Of a stretch of 64,000 nucleotides of DNA, positions 37,667 to 50,694 are shown in pieces (the first letter of the stretch is position 1; each line of letters opens with the position of its first letter). The notes beneath the pieces are model-generated. The model was not told the origin of the DNA and ran no database searches. It worked only from the letters and a program-made list of their open reading frames with translations. The position numbers and the translations under genes were made by a program. Source of the DNA: Pristiophorus japonicus (lineage: Eukaryota); NCBI RefSeq assembly GCF_044704955.1, contig NC_091981.1, positions 273,730,001 to 273,794,000 of the forward strand. The letters are read 5' to 3'.

Positions 37667-38179
37667 AAGGGGCTTTCCAGAAAAAGGTCCGAGGCACTGG
37701 AAATGAACCATTGAAGACCATCAGACTGGAAGACGTGTTCCAAATAGTTTCACAGTAAATAGCTCTAAAATTATACACCAGTTAACTAAATTGTTTAAAA
37801 AATATATAACCATTGTATAAACACATGACATTATTAAAAATACTATTCGCATCTCTAGAATTTCCTCATTCTCTGTGCTAGATTCACAAACTACTGGGCA
37901 TCACATACAGAAAATAATGGATACATGGAAATGGTGCAAAGAAAAAATGTTTTTTTTACAAAATGATCTAGATTACAGCCTTAAACTTGCTGCTGTAACT
38001 AACTGCTTGTGTTTGCCAAGTGTGCTGTTGCATTTGAGTGAGGGTTTTCATTTTGTGTGTCTGCTGTTCGTCACAGAGACCTTTTGTTTCATGCATGCTG
38101 ATGATGTTCCCAAGGAACATTAGTACCTTACAATGCCAATACTGAAGGCTTATCCAAAAATAATCGGTAGGTGAATATG

Positions 38180-38390
38180 TAACAACAACTTGTATTTATA
38201 TAGCACCTTTTAATGTAATAAAACGTCCCAAGGTGCTTCACAGGAGCATTATGAAAATATGACACCGAGCTACATAAGGAGCTATGAAGAGGTAAGTTTT
38301 AAAGAGCGTCTTAAAGGAGGTGACAGAAGCAGAGAGATGGAGAGGCTCAGAGAGGGAATTCCAGAGCTTCGGACCCAGGCAACTGAAGAG
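38180..38390 (-). mobile_element. L2 3' tail fragment
   Basis: aacaacaacttgtatttatatagcacc is the reverse complement of the L2 tail. Confidence 0.7.
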
Positions 38391-38889
38391 CATTCATGAT
38401 CTATTTTCTTTGTAATGATAACAGATCTGGAAAAGACTTCAACGCAGTAATTTAATCAGAGCATCATGAGAATGATGGAGGGGTAAGATTTTCTGTGTGT
38501 GTTACTTTGTAATGAAATCATAATGCCAATTATAAAGAATTGGTTTATGATGACATTACACAGTGTACTGCAGAAATATTTTCCTGTGCGTTGGTTATAA
38601 AAGGCTTCTGAACCATAACAATGATTTGCAGTTATAAAGCTGCCCAAGCACATCTGTTGTTCACTAATGTACTGTAATGGTTTAATTGTTTGGGAGGATG
38701 ATCTAACTTTTTGAGCTACAGTCCAATTATTATACTCCCATGTCAATGGTGTTAAGACACAGGTTTATAACTGTGACATCATGAATGCAGGTTTACTGAG
38801 AAATAATTTGCAGTTGATTACCAGGAAATGTTATAAACAGTATATATAAAGTGTTATATCACAAGCCTTCCAAATCCATTTCCATCTTT

Positions 38890-40946
38890 CCCACAATTCC
38901 ATGTTTGAATCCCTCCAATCCGGTTTCCACGCCTGCCACAGTACTGAAACGGCTCTCATCAAAGTCACAAATGACATCCTTTGTGACTGTGACAAAGGCA
39001 AACTATCCCTCCTTCTTGACTTGTCTGCAGCCTTTGACATGGTTGACCACTCTATCCTTCTCCATAGCCTCTCCACCATCATCCATAGGTGGGACTGCAT
39101 TTGCCTGGGTCCATTCTTATCTATCTAATCATAGCCAGAGAATCACCTGCAACAGCTTTCCTTCCCGCCCCCACATAATTACCTCTGGTGACCCCAAGGA
39201 TCTATCCTTGGCCCCCTCCTATTTCTCATCTACATGTTGCCCCTTGGCGACATCACCCTAAAACACAGCATGAGTGTCCATATGTACGCTGATGACACCC
39301 AGCTCTACCTCATTACCACTTCACTCGACCCTTCCACTGTCTCTAAATTGTCAGACTGCTTGTCCGACATCCATTTCAGGATGAGCAGAAGTGTTCTCCA
39401 ATTGAATATTGGGAAGACCAAAGCCATTGTTCTCGGTCCCTGACACAAACCCTGTTCCCAGCCACTGAATCCATCCCTTTCCACAACTTCTGTCTGAGGT
39501 TGAACCAGACTGTTTGCAACCTTGGTGTCATATTTGACCCCGAAATGAGCTTTCCACCACATATCCACAGCAGAACTAAGACCGCCTATTTCCATCTACG
39601 TAAGATCGCCCGTCTCTGCCCTTGCTTCAGCTCATCTGCTGCTGAAGCCCTTATCCATGCCTTTGTTACCTCTAGACTTGACTATTCCAATGCATTCCTG
39701 GCTGGCCTCCCACTCTCTACTCTAGAGGTGATCCAAAATTCGGTTGCCCGTGTCCGAACTCACACCATAGAAACATAGAAACATAGAAAATAGGTGCAGG
39801 AGTAGGCCATTCGGCCCTTCGAGCCTGCACCATCATTCAATAAGATCGGATTATTCACCTCAGTACCCCTTTCCTGCCTTCTCTCCATACCCCTTGATCC
39901 CTTTAGCCATAAGGGCCATATCTAACTCCCTCTTGAATATATCCAATGAACTGGCATCAACAACTCTCCGCGGTAGGGAATTCCACAGGTTAACAACTCT
40001 CTGAGTGAATGAAGTTTCTCATCTCAGTCCTAAATGGCTTACCCCTTATCCTTAGAATGTGTCCCCTGGTTCTGGGCTTCCCCAACATCGGGAACATTCT
40101 TCCTGCATCTAACCTGTCCAGTCCCGTCAGAATTTTATATGTTTCTATGAGATCCACTCTCATCCTTCTAAACTCCAGTGAATACAGGCCCAGACGATCC
40201 CGTCTCTCCTCATATGTCAGTCCTGCCATCCCGGGAATCAGTCTGGTGAATCTTTGCTGCACTCCCTCAATAGCAAGAATGTCCTTCCTCAGATTAGGAG
40301 GCCAAAACTGAACACAATATTCCAGGTGAGGCCTCACCAAGGCCCTGTACAATTGCAATAAGACCTCCCTGCTCCTGTACTCAAATCCCCTAGCTATGAA
40401 GGCCAACATACCATTTTCCTTCTTCACTGCCTGCTGTACCTGCATGCCAACTTTCAATGACTGATGAATAATGACACCCAGGTCTCGTTGCACCTCCCTT
40501 TTTCCTAATCTGCCACCATTCAGATAATATTCTGCCTTTGAGTTTTTGCCCCCAAAGTGGATAACCTCACATTTATCCACATTATACTGCATCTGCCATG
40601 CATTTTCCCACTCACCTAACCTGTCCAAGTCACCCTGCAGCCTTTTAGCATTCTCCTCACAGCTCACACTGCCACCCAGCTTTGTGTCATCTGCGAACTT
40701 GGAGATATTACACTCAATTCTTTCATCTACATAATTGATATATATTGTAAATGGCTGGGGTCTCAGCACTGAGCCCTGCAGTACCCCACTAGTCACTGCC
40801 TGCCATTCTGAAAAGGACCCATTTATCCCGACACTCTGCTTCCTGTTTGCCAACCAGTTCTCTAATACTCCTGTGAAGCGCCTTGGGACATTTCACTTCT
40901 TTTAAGGCGCTATATAAATACAAGTTGTTGTTCTTCTTCTTCTTGT
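38890..40946 (+). mobile_element. L2 LINE RT/3' portion interrupted by CR1-A2
   Basis: QSGF...HSTETAL...[31 protein letters not shown]; tail resumes at 40864 (gcgctatataaatacaagttgttg). Confidence 0.9.
39766..40862 (-). mobile_element. CR1-A2, 5'-truncated, nested in L2
   Basis: ORF 39990..40853 with RT motifs; catagaaa tail. Confidence 0.95.
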
Positions 40947-41757
40947 TGAGCACATTATGCACCAAGTACAAGAGGCATGTTGGCATCTGGCAGTGGTACA
41001 ACAACCAAATTAACAATTAGTAAATACTCTGAGACAGTTCATGTAATGAAACAAACAGCCACAGGAATTGAGTTCAAATCTAATCTTACTGTCCCAATAA
41101 AGATGATAAACTGCAAAAGTATGAGTGATTTATGGTACGACCTGGATGCATTTGATTAATTTATGTGTATTATAAACTCACTCTAGAGATATTTATCAGT
41201 CTCTATATACACTGTTATATTCTGTTTTCCAAAATTACCTCTGTTTGTGCTTCATTTATTCAGGCTTGAAATTTCAGCTGAGCACTATGAAGTGAATGGA
41301 TTATCATGAAAATACTTCAATACACCTTAAACCTTTAAAATTAAATATAATGGATTCTTTTTACATAGCCTAAAAGTGGTTACCATGACAACTGAGGCCA
41401 AAAAAGAGCAGAGGTCAGACTCAAAGCAAAAAACGGGCAAATACAAAGGGATGGGCAATAAATGCTGGCCTTGCCGGCGACGCCTGCATTCCATGTGCAA
41501 ATAAGAAAAATAAAGTGGGGTAGCTTGAAATACTACTGTATGATGCAATAAGAAAATGTTCAAATGTCTGTTCATAGAATTCCATAGTTCACGGCCGAGA
41601 AACAGAATACTCTGAGCAGTTGTATCTTTGGTTCTCTAGTTACTGGGCTGGTACATGGTGAGAGCTGCAGCTTTGCTAGTTCAGCTTGCAGTAACCTATT
41701 ATGATTCACAATAATACATTACTTAGGTTGCAATATTAGCTTCAACTTTGATTGAGA

Positions 41758-42545
41758 TAAAACAGAGAGACAGACTATTATCTGAATGGTGACAGATTAG
41801 GAAAAGGGGAGGTGCAACGAGACCTGGGTGTCATGGTACATCAGTCATTGAAGGTTGGCATGCAGGTACAGCAGGCGGTTAAGAAAGCAAATGGCTTGTT
41901 GGCCATCATAGCGAGGGGATTTGAGTACAGAGGCAGGGATGTGTTACTACAGTTGTACAGGGCCTTGGTGAGGCCACACCTGGAGTATTGTGTACAGTTT
42001 TGGTCTCCTAACTTGAAGAAGGACATTCTTGCTATTGAGGGAGTGCAGCGAAGGTTCACCAGACTGATTCCCGGGATGGCGGGACTGACATATCAAGAAA
42101 GACTGGATCAACTGGGCCTGCATTCACTGGAGTTCAGAAGAATGAGAGGGGATCTCATAGAACCATTTAAAATTCTGACGGGTTTAGACAGGTTAGATGC
42201 AGGAAGAATGTTCCCAATGTTGGGGAAGTCCAGAACCAGGGGTCACAGTCTAAGGATAAGGGGTAAGCCATTTAGGACCGAGATGAGGAGAAACTTCTTC
42301 ACCCAGAGAGTGATGAACCTATGGAATTCTCTACCACAGAAAGTTGTTGAGGCCAATTCACTAAATATATTTAAAAAGGAGTTAGATGTAGTCCTGACTA
42401 CTAGGGGGATCAAGGGGTATGGTGAGAAAGCAGGAATGGGGTACTGAAGTTGCATGTTCAGCCATGAACTCATTGAATGGTGGTGCAGGCTCGAAGGGCC
42501 GAATGGCCTACTCCTGCACCTATTTTCTCTGTTTCTATGTTTCTA
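41758..42545 (+). mobile_element. CR1-A1 3' fragment
   Basis: ORF 41812..42447 near-identical to the end of the 35556..37568 ORF; tail tttctatgtttcta. Confidence 0.95.
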
Positions 42546-44784
42546 ACTTAAAAACAGATCTGGGGCTGGCACTGATCACAAGAAGGCACTGGGACTACAA
42601 GAAAATATTAATGCTTTTTGTGTACATTTAAAAAAAAGATTATACTGATTGAATAATGAATTACAAGACAGTAATCTAATGGGGACTGAGTTCAGGTAGT
42701 ATCAATCTATACTAGCACAACTTTTTATACCAAGTCCATGATTACTGCCTGGGAATATTGCTTATAATATAAACATTTCTTAGGAGTCCCAAAGGGTGAT
42801 CAGACTATTCTCAAATCACACTAACTGGACTGCAATTTTATTCTTCAAGCCATTTCATTTTACTCTTTAAAAAGTCAAGGCAAAGTGCATTTTAATGTAC
42901 AATTACTTTGTGGTACAAGCCACATTACAACATATTTTTGGGGGAAATTACTGGACCAACCAAGGTTATGTTTGGTGATATTTTAAAGCTGTTTTAAGTG
43001 ACCACTTTTGTTCAGGTTCTGCAATTCTCTTCTGCGGTTGCTGTGAAAGGCATACCTAATGAATCTGAAGCTTCAAAATACTGGCCTCGTCGTCCTGGAG
43101 AGAATCGAGGAACAGCCTCTCTCGGATCATTGCGGGGGATTAACAGGTCCGCTATCGCCTTTTGAACCCACGGGCACTATAAACATAAACATCAATCCCG
43201 CCCAAACTTCGACATCTCTATAAACTGCAACACTCAAGGCAAAGGCAGTCATCTCAAGCGAAACACACCTTTAGCGACACCTACTGATTATATATATGTG
43301 CAGCCTTTCGATAAATACTTTGTCCTATCGAAAGCACAGTCGGACAATTTAACCTTGAATTCGTGGCGAGTATTTATTTGCCTGTCCAGAAAGTGAGAGA
43401 TCTCAGTGCACTGGCATTTCTCGAAAGGTAATGATAATTCGCACTTGCATAGTCGTCTTTAATCCGCTGTGCACCAAACACTGTCCTGGAATAACTAAAA
43501 GTATACGTTAAGACGATGCAACTTAATTATTTCATCAGAGTGCGGCCGTGTGTACTGACGGTGGTTGGGAGCGCAACTGTAAAGCTAATGCATTCGGTAC
43601 CTAAAAAGGACAGAAGTGTTTCTTGAATTAAACTCACTTGTCAAAATCCAACTTCAAGAATCACTTCTGTCCTTTTTAGAAGACAATTTGTCAAAAGGCA
43701 AGATTCACCAAATCCCCCTGGTTCTTTTCCTTTTGGGGTACAGTTTCAACTCTAAGAAAGGAGAGCGAGAGAGCTGCTCTCCCCGGCAACCACATAGCTG
43801 GCAACAGGCTTGAAGTGGATGTCTGACCTCTGCCTTTGAACCAGATCTTCAATCCGAATCAGGCTGCGTGCAGCTTTTAGTCAACAGATTTTTTTAAAGA
43901 ATGCGTGAGGCAAAAAAAATCCAGCCTGCCATTAAATGCTTAGATCGATATTCAGGACGTATATAAACTCTGAAAATATTAATTCTCAGTGGAGTGGATG
44001 TTACTTCTCACCGAATAGCGAGGCCAGGACTGTCCCGTGGTCAGAGAGTATTATACTGGCATACAACGAGCATCGGGTTCATTGTGTGACAGGCATTTTA
44101 AAAACAAAAACAAAGATACATCCTGTGTAATATACTATTTGGTTTTTAACATTCCGCCCGGAGGGACCAATACATCGCAATCCTGGCTTCTTCCATCTAC
44201 AGCAATGCAATGTGCAGAAATCAGCATCGTTCGTGAATCCCTTTGGAATGACTCAAATCTAATAACACTCAGTCGGAGCAGTGCTGGCGAGCCAGCTGTT
44301 CGATGTGTTGTCGGTATTTTGCAGACCCACGCCACTAAATAACAGGCGACAAAAAAGGAAATCGATCCAAGAGGTTTAACTCCTGTACCGATCAGGAACT
44401 CAGTCGTTGCCAAGGCGATATGCAAATCCAACTTTTGAAACAGTTTTCCCCCCAGACAAAGCAAGACACGCACAACGAACGGCAGTGTCTCCGCGACAGG
44501 CAATAAATCCAGAGTTCATTTCATTCAACTGTCTATTAAAGTTCTGTGTTCCAGGGAGGGTTTTAAATGGAGCAAAAGGGTGTGAGACGGTCTTGATTTT
44601 CAATATGGATTATAATCCTACAGTCTACAACAAATAGCCCGTACAAATAAAACACATGGTTAGCACACAAAACTTCATGAAAAGCAACTTGAAACGGTGT
44701 GGCGAAGCCAGGCAACTTGTCTCTGTGATTAAACAAAGCAGATCTAGAGAAAGGAGAATGTGGGGGTGGGGGGACCGAATATAT

Positions 44785-45245
44785 ACAGTCACACATACCC
44801 ACACAGACATACAGAGACGTGTCTACACATACACAGACAGACATACAGAGACATGGCTACACATACACACACACAGACATAGACAGAGACATGTCTACAC
44901 ATACACAGACAGAGATATGTCTACACATAGAGACATACAGAAATACATGTCTACACACATACATGTCTACACATACACACATACAGATATATGTCTACAC
45001 ATACACACGTCTACACATACACACATATCCACACAGACATGTCTACACATACACACATACAAACAGATACATGTCTACACATACACACACACACATATAT
45101 GTCTACACATACATACACATACAGACAGATACATGTCTACACATACACAGACATACAGAGAGACATGTCTACACATACAGACATGCACACATATACACAC
45201 ATGCACATAGACATACATGCATAGACATATATACATACACAATAC
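44785..45245. repeat. CA-rich micro/minisatellite (CATGTCTACACATACACA...) at the start of DPP6 intron 1
   Basis: Direct inspection; ~22-30 bp imperfect units. Confidence 0.95.
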
Positions 45246-45283
45246 GTGAATAGAAAACAAATAAAGGGTAATGATCATCTTAC

Positions 45284-45475
45284 ATCGTCATCTTCACAGT
45301 CACTCCTGGGCTGGTAATGGCAGTGGGGCCGGCTGTCTTCCAAGGGGCGGGCAGCTTTCCCGGCGATGTCCTCATCAGTGCACTGGCCACCGAGAAGGTG
45401 ACTGGCTTCAGCGGGAGCCGGGTAAGATCTGGAGGTGTTGATCTGCCCTGTGATTCTTTGGTACAGCGAAGCCAT
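45284..45475 (-). CDS. DPP6: DPP6 (dipeptidyl aminopeptidase-like protein 6) long-isoform first coding exon
   Basis: MASLYQRITGQINTSRSYPAPAEASHLLGGQ...HYQPRSDCEDDD matches mammalian DPP6-L (MASLYQRFTGKINTSRSFPAPPEASHLLGGQ...QYQARSDGDEED); Kozak-like tttATGG; 64 codons ending at the phase-0 donor GAT|GTAAGA. Confidence 0.95.
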
Positions 45476-46659
45476 AAAGTCAGCTCGGGAGACTATCGCG
45501 CACTACACAGCAGAGAACTTCTAGCAGTCGGCGGGCACGAACGGTCCGCTTAAAGGGGGGTGGGGGGAGAGAGAGAGAAAGAGTACAAGGAGACAGATAT
45601 ATAATATATAGAGAGAGGGGGGCCTAAAGGTGCTTCAGCATCGAGAGAAGATCAGACGTCCTCGGCAAATCCCGCCAGGAGTGGAGACGGCGCCTGAGTG
45701 GATCGACATTGAATCAGAATATCCCCTTTTAACAGGCGGCTGGATCACTCCCGGGCTCTTGTCCCCAGCAGCCGGGGCTGTGGGAGGGATTCAGACGGTC
45801 GATGCTGCATTCAGGACACGCTGTTTTCCTGGCGAGCCTTCTTCCCCCTTGTGTGGGGGGAGAGAAGCAGGGTGTCCAATCTCATTCCAAGAGGCACTTC
45901 CCCGGCAGCAACAGCGCTGCCTTGCTCTCCCCCTGTGTCTCCATCCAAACTATGGCACCCCCCACCCCTCCCCGACACAGACACACACACACACCAGTAA
46001 ACAGCGCACACCTGACTGCTCCGAGCCCCCCTTGTCAGACAGAAAGAGTAGCCGGAACTGACGAGAGACGAGAGAACCGTGATCGTGATCCAGATGATGG
46101 TTTCTGTTCCAAATTCCAGGGTGTGTGTGTGTATATGTATATATAGAGAGAGAGAGACAGAGAGAGAGTGGAGTCGGCTGTGCCAGCGATCACCGTGCGC
46201 TTGTGGCTCCCACAGAGATGGGGAGCTAGGAGCTGGAGGTGATGGAGAGGAGAGAAAGGTTGAAACAGGTATTCTCCTCCTGACACACACACACACACAC
46301 AAAATCAGTCAAAGCACAACGTGTAACGGGCTACACAACACCTATGCAACGCTTCCCGAGCTTGGCAGCAGATTTTTTTTTTCACTTAAGCAAATGGGAG
46401 GAGTGTTTTAATTTTAATTTTGCACGAGTTTAAGCAGACTGCAGCACCCCTCTGTGGACATGCTGAACAAGGCACCCATCTCCTTCAGCGCTGCGCTCAC
46501 TTGACCCGCTCAGCCAGAGAAGAAGCGCAAACATAAAAGGAACAGTTCGTAACGTTCCCTCTTCGAGCTGCGCTGGTGGATGGCAGTCGCCACCAGCAAT
46601 TTAGAGGCAGGCATGTGCCCCCCTTCTTCAAGGTGCGCACCCAATAAAGTCTGTAACTC

Positions 46660-46856
46660 AACCCAAATTAAAAGGGAAAGTTAACAACTTAAATCGTATT
46701 TCCCCCTGGGATGATGATGCACTCCAGTCCCTCGGGTGCCCACCAGTCACAGAAGGAAGGCCGTGGGCGTGCAGGTGGGCACTGCGTGCTCCATCTCCAG
46801 GGACACCCGGGCGCCAACGTAGCCGCGGAAGCGAGGCAGGCAGTTGGGCACGAATG
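46660..46856 (-). mobile_element. Tx1/L1-clade 3' fragment
   Basis: Homologous to 63420-63580 (WAPEGLECII.PG). Confidence 0.75.
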
Positions 46857-46944
46857 ACCCCCCCCCCCCACCAGTTCAGAATGTTCAATCGTTAAAGCAA
46901 ATTCGTTAATTAGCGCTGGGAGCAAAGTCCCTCATCAAAATACA

Positions 46945-47120
46945 GACTTGCATTTACATAGCGCCTTTCACAACCTCAGGATGTCCGAAGGTGCTTTACA
47001 GTCAATGAAGTACTTCCTTTTTTGAAGTGTGGTCACTTTTGTAATGCATGTGACAGCTTTTAGTGATGTTGGTTGAGCAGAAAATGGTGGTCAGGACCCC
47101 GAGGAGAATGTCCCTGCTCA
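46945..47120 (-). mobile_element. SINE 3' fragment
   Basis: gacttgcatttacatagcgcctttcacaacctcagg as in the other SINE copies. Confidence 0.75.
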
Positions 47121-47220
47121 CAGGAAAGTCTGTGACCTTATTTCCAAGAAAGTTTAATGATAATACACCAGCACTAAGTTAATTGTCAGTTCATTGACGT
47201 TAGTGCAGGAATCATTCATT

Positions 47221-47283
47221 CACACCTAGATCAGACAGGGTCACACCGAGATCAGACAGGGTCACACCTAGATCAGACAGGAA
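47221..47283. repeat. 21-bp tandem triplication
   Basis: CACACCTAGATCAGACAGGGT x3 with minor variation. Confidence 0.9.
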
Positions 47284-47799
47284 CACGCCATTTAGTTCAG
47301 TCCCTTGGATTTAACACTCCTTTTGGGAACAGTGACAACAACTGACGTGTGAGTAAGCAACACCTCCACTGAAAGCAGCAATGACCAAGGCATTGCAAAA
47401 CACCACCCTTAAAATAAAGGGAATGCAATGTCAGTCGATGCTGGGAGTTGGTAATCAGTTTACGAAAGAGAAACAGAATCACATTTTTTCCCCTTGGTGT
47501 GATTACTTTTTCAGACATGAGCAGATAAACATTGCTGTTTAACCAGTGAGGTTTGATTTCTCACCTCATCCAACTGTTTGGGGCGAGTAGTGGCTTCAGT
47601 GTCTAATATAGTGGTCGTACATTAGCCGACAAAAAGATCAAAAGGCAGAAATGTTCAGCCTTTACAACTCTCGCGCTATATTCCTGTGTGCACTATTTTT
47701 TTTATCCAGCTGTCAACTCTAGTCCACAAAGAACTGGATTAAGCCTAATATTTCTAAACGGTTTGATAAAAATGTTGCAGAAAAGAATGAATGAGTACA

Positions 47800-50694
47800 G
47801 AAATAGGAGAATAGAGCAGATAGATGCGTGTATGGAGAGAATAGTGCAGGGGGGAGGGCTTCAGATTCCTGGGGCATTGGGTCCAGTTTTGGGGGAGGTG
47901 GGATTGTACAGGCCAGACAGGTTGCATCACAACAGGCTGGAACCAATATCCTCACGGGGCGGGGGGTGGTGCCAGTGCTGTTGGAAAGGATTTAAACTAG
48001 CTTGGCAGGGAGTTGGGCACCAGGATGAAATAAAGTGCTCAAAGGATTGGGAGAGGCAGAGAGCACGAAAGTAAGGTATTAGGTGGGGTCAAACTAAGAG
48101 AGAATACAAGATGGACTAAAATGGGTTTACCGTGTATGTATGTGAATGCACAAAGAGTAGGTAAGTGAGCTGCAGGCACAAATAGCAGCATGGGAATATG
48201 ATGTTGTGGCGAAGTTCACCGATGAACACTTAATGCATTCATAGAATCATAGAATGGTTATGGCACAGAAGAAGGTCATTCGGCCCGTCGAACCTGTGCT
48301 GACTCTAAGCTAGTCCCACTCCCCTGCCCTTTCCCCATAGCCCTGCAACTTAAGGAATGATATACTAGCTTTGGAGGGGGTACAGAGACGATTCGCTAGG
48401 CTGATTCCGGAGATGAGGGGGTTACCTTATGATGATAGATTGAGTAGACTGGGTCTTTACTTGTTGGAATTCAGAAGGATGAGGGGTGATCTTATAGAAA
48501 CATTTAAAATAATGAAAGTGATAGACAAGATAGAGGCAGAGAGTTTGTTTCCACTGGTCGGGGAGACTAGAACTAGGGGGCACAGCCTCAAAATACGGGG
48601 GAGCCAATTTAAAACCGAGTTGAGAAGGAATTTCTTCTCCCAGAGGGTTGTGAATCTGTGGAATTCTATGCCCAAGGAAGCAGTTGAGGCTAGCTCATAT
48701 TCAAATCACAGATAGATAGATTTTTAACCAATAAGGGAATTAAGGGTTATAGGGAGCGGGCGGGTAAGTGGAGCTGAGTCCACGGCCAGATCAGCCATGA
48801 TCTTGTTGAATGGCAGAGCAGGCTCGAGGGGCTAGATGGCCTACTCCTGTTCCTAATTCTTGTGTTCTTATGTAATCCAAAAGTCTTCTATAGGCATATA
48901 AATAGTAAAAGGGTAGTAAGAGGTGTGGTGGGGTGATTAAGTACCAAAAAGAAGACCTATGTATGGAGCCAGAGGGTATGGCTGAGGTATTAAATTAGTA
49001 CTTTGCATCTGTCTTCACCAAGGAAGAGGATGCTGCCATAGATATCGTGAAGGAGGAGATAGTGGAGACATTTGATAGGATAAAAATTGATAAAGATGTA
49101 TTAGAAAGGCTGACTGTAATTAAAGGAGATAAATCATCAGGAGCAGGTGGAATCCGTCCTAGGATGCTGAGGGAATTGAGGGCAGAAATCGCAGAGGTGC
49201 CGGCCATAATCTTCCAATCCTCCATGAGGGTTGTGCCAGAGGACTGGAGAACTGCAAATGTTACATCACTGTTCACAAAAGGGTGCAAAGATAAACCCAG
49301 CAACTCCAGGCCAGTCAGTTTAACCTCGGTAGTGGGGAAGCTTTTAGAAACAGTAATCAGGGATAAAATTAACTGTCACTTGGATAGGTGTGGATTAATT
49401 AAGGAAAGCCAGCACAGATTTGTTAAAGGCAAATCGTGTTTAACCAACTTGATTGAAATATTTGATGAGGTAACAAAGACGGTTGATGAGGGTAATGCGG
49501 TTGACATAGTTTGCATGGATTTCCAAAAGGCATTTGACAAAATACCACAAAATAGGCTTGCCAGCAAAGTTAAAGTCCATGGAATAAAAAGGACAGTGGC
49601 AGCAGGGATATGAAATTGGCTAAGTGACAGAAAACAGAAAGTAGTGATGAATGGTTGTTTTCCAGACTGGAGGAAGGTACACAGGGGTGTTCCCCAGGGG
49701 TCGGTTCTAGGACCACTGCTTTTCTTGATATATATTAATGACTTGGACATGGGTGTAGAGGGAACAATTTCAAAATTTGCAGATGACATAAAACTTGGAA
49801 GTATAGTAACAGTGAGGAGGATAGTGATAGACTTCAGGAAGGCATAGCCAGGCTGGTGAAATGGGCAGACATGTGGCAGATGAAATTTAACGCAGAAAAG
49901 TGTGAAGTGATACATTTTGGTAGAAAGAATGAGGAGAGGACATATAAACTAACTGGTACAATCCTAAAGGGGGTGCATGAACAGAGAGACTGGGGGTATG
50001 TGTGCACAAATCGTTGAAGGTGTCAGGGCAGGTTGAGAAAGCAGTTAAAAAGCTTACGGGATCCTGGGCTTCATGAATAGAGGTATAGAGTACAAAAGTG
50101 TGGAAATTATGATGAATCTTTATAAAACACTGGTTCGGCCCCAACTGGGGTACAGTGTCGAATTCTAGACATCGCAATTTAGAAAGGATGTGAAGACCTT
50201 AGAGAAGGTGCAGAAAAGATTTACGAGAATGTTTCCAGGAATGAGGGACTTCAGTTACGTTGATAGATTGGAGAAGCTGGGTTTGTTCTCCTCGGAGCAG
50301 AGAAGAGTGAGAAGAGATTTAATAGAAGTGCTCAAAATCATGAGGTGTCTGGACAGAGCAGAGATAGAGAGAAACTGTTCCCATTGGCAGAAGGGTCGAG
50401 AACCAGAGGACACAGACTTAAGGCAATTGGCAAAAGAACCAAAGGCGATGTAAGAAAAAACCTTTTTACACAGCGAGTGGTTGGGATCTGGAATGCACTG
50501 TCCAGAAAGGGTGGTGGAGGCAGACTCAATCTTATTTTTCAAAAAGGAGTTGGATAAGTATCTGAAGGAAAAAAAACTTGCAGGGCTATGGGGAAGGGGC
50601 AGGGGAGTGGGACTAGCTTAGAGTCAGCACGGGTTCGACAGGCCGAATGGCCTTCTTCTGTGCCATAACCATTCTATGATTCTATGATTCTATG
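47800..50694 (+). mobile_element. CR1 (family E): ORF1 end/EN start, then RT to 3' tail, with an internal rearrangement at 48207-48873
   Basis: RPDRLH esterase end, EN start (DVVA), RT ORFs 49047..49613 and 49644..49847, (TTCTATGA)n tail. Confidence 0.85.
48349..48873 (+). mobile_element. CR1 (family D) 3' fragment nested in CR1-E
   Basis: ORF 48371..48715; near-identical to the reverse complement of 54250-54780. Confidence 0.9.

Larger units (their letters stand above)
43080..46650. promoter_or_regulatory. CpG-enriched, transposon-free region around DPP6 exon 1L (promoter/5' UTR at ~45476-46650)
   Basis: Visibly higher CpG density than flanks, no LINE/SINE insertions, (GA)n/(CA)n tracts upstream of the ATG; TSS not determinable. 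Confidence 0.65.

Noticed and set aside
41385-41504. ORF MTTEAKKEQ... resembling the DPP6-S start (MTTAKE)
   Set aside because: It is on the plus strand, opposite to DPP6, has no phase-0 donor and runs into a LINE-like tail (gggcaataaatgctggcc)
44656-45253. His/Thr-rich ORFs
   Set aside because: Translations of the CA-rich repeat
46440-46465. RE1/NRSE-like or CTCF-like motif (gcagcacccctctgtggaca) upstream of DPP6 exon 1L
   Set aside because: Several mismatches to both consensus motifs; cannot be supported without a PWM scan or ChIP
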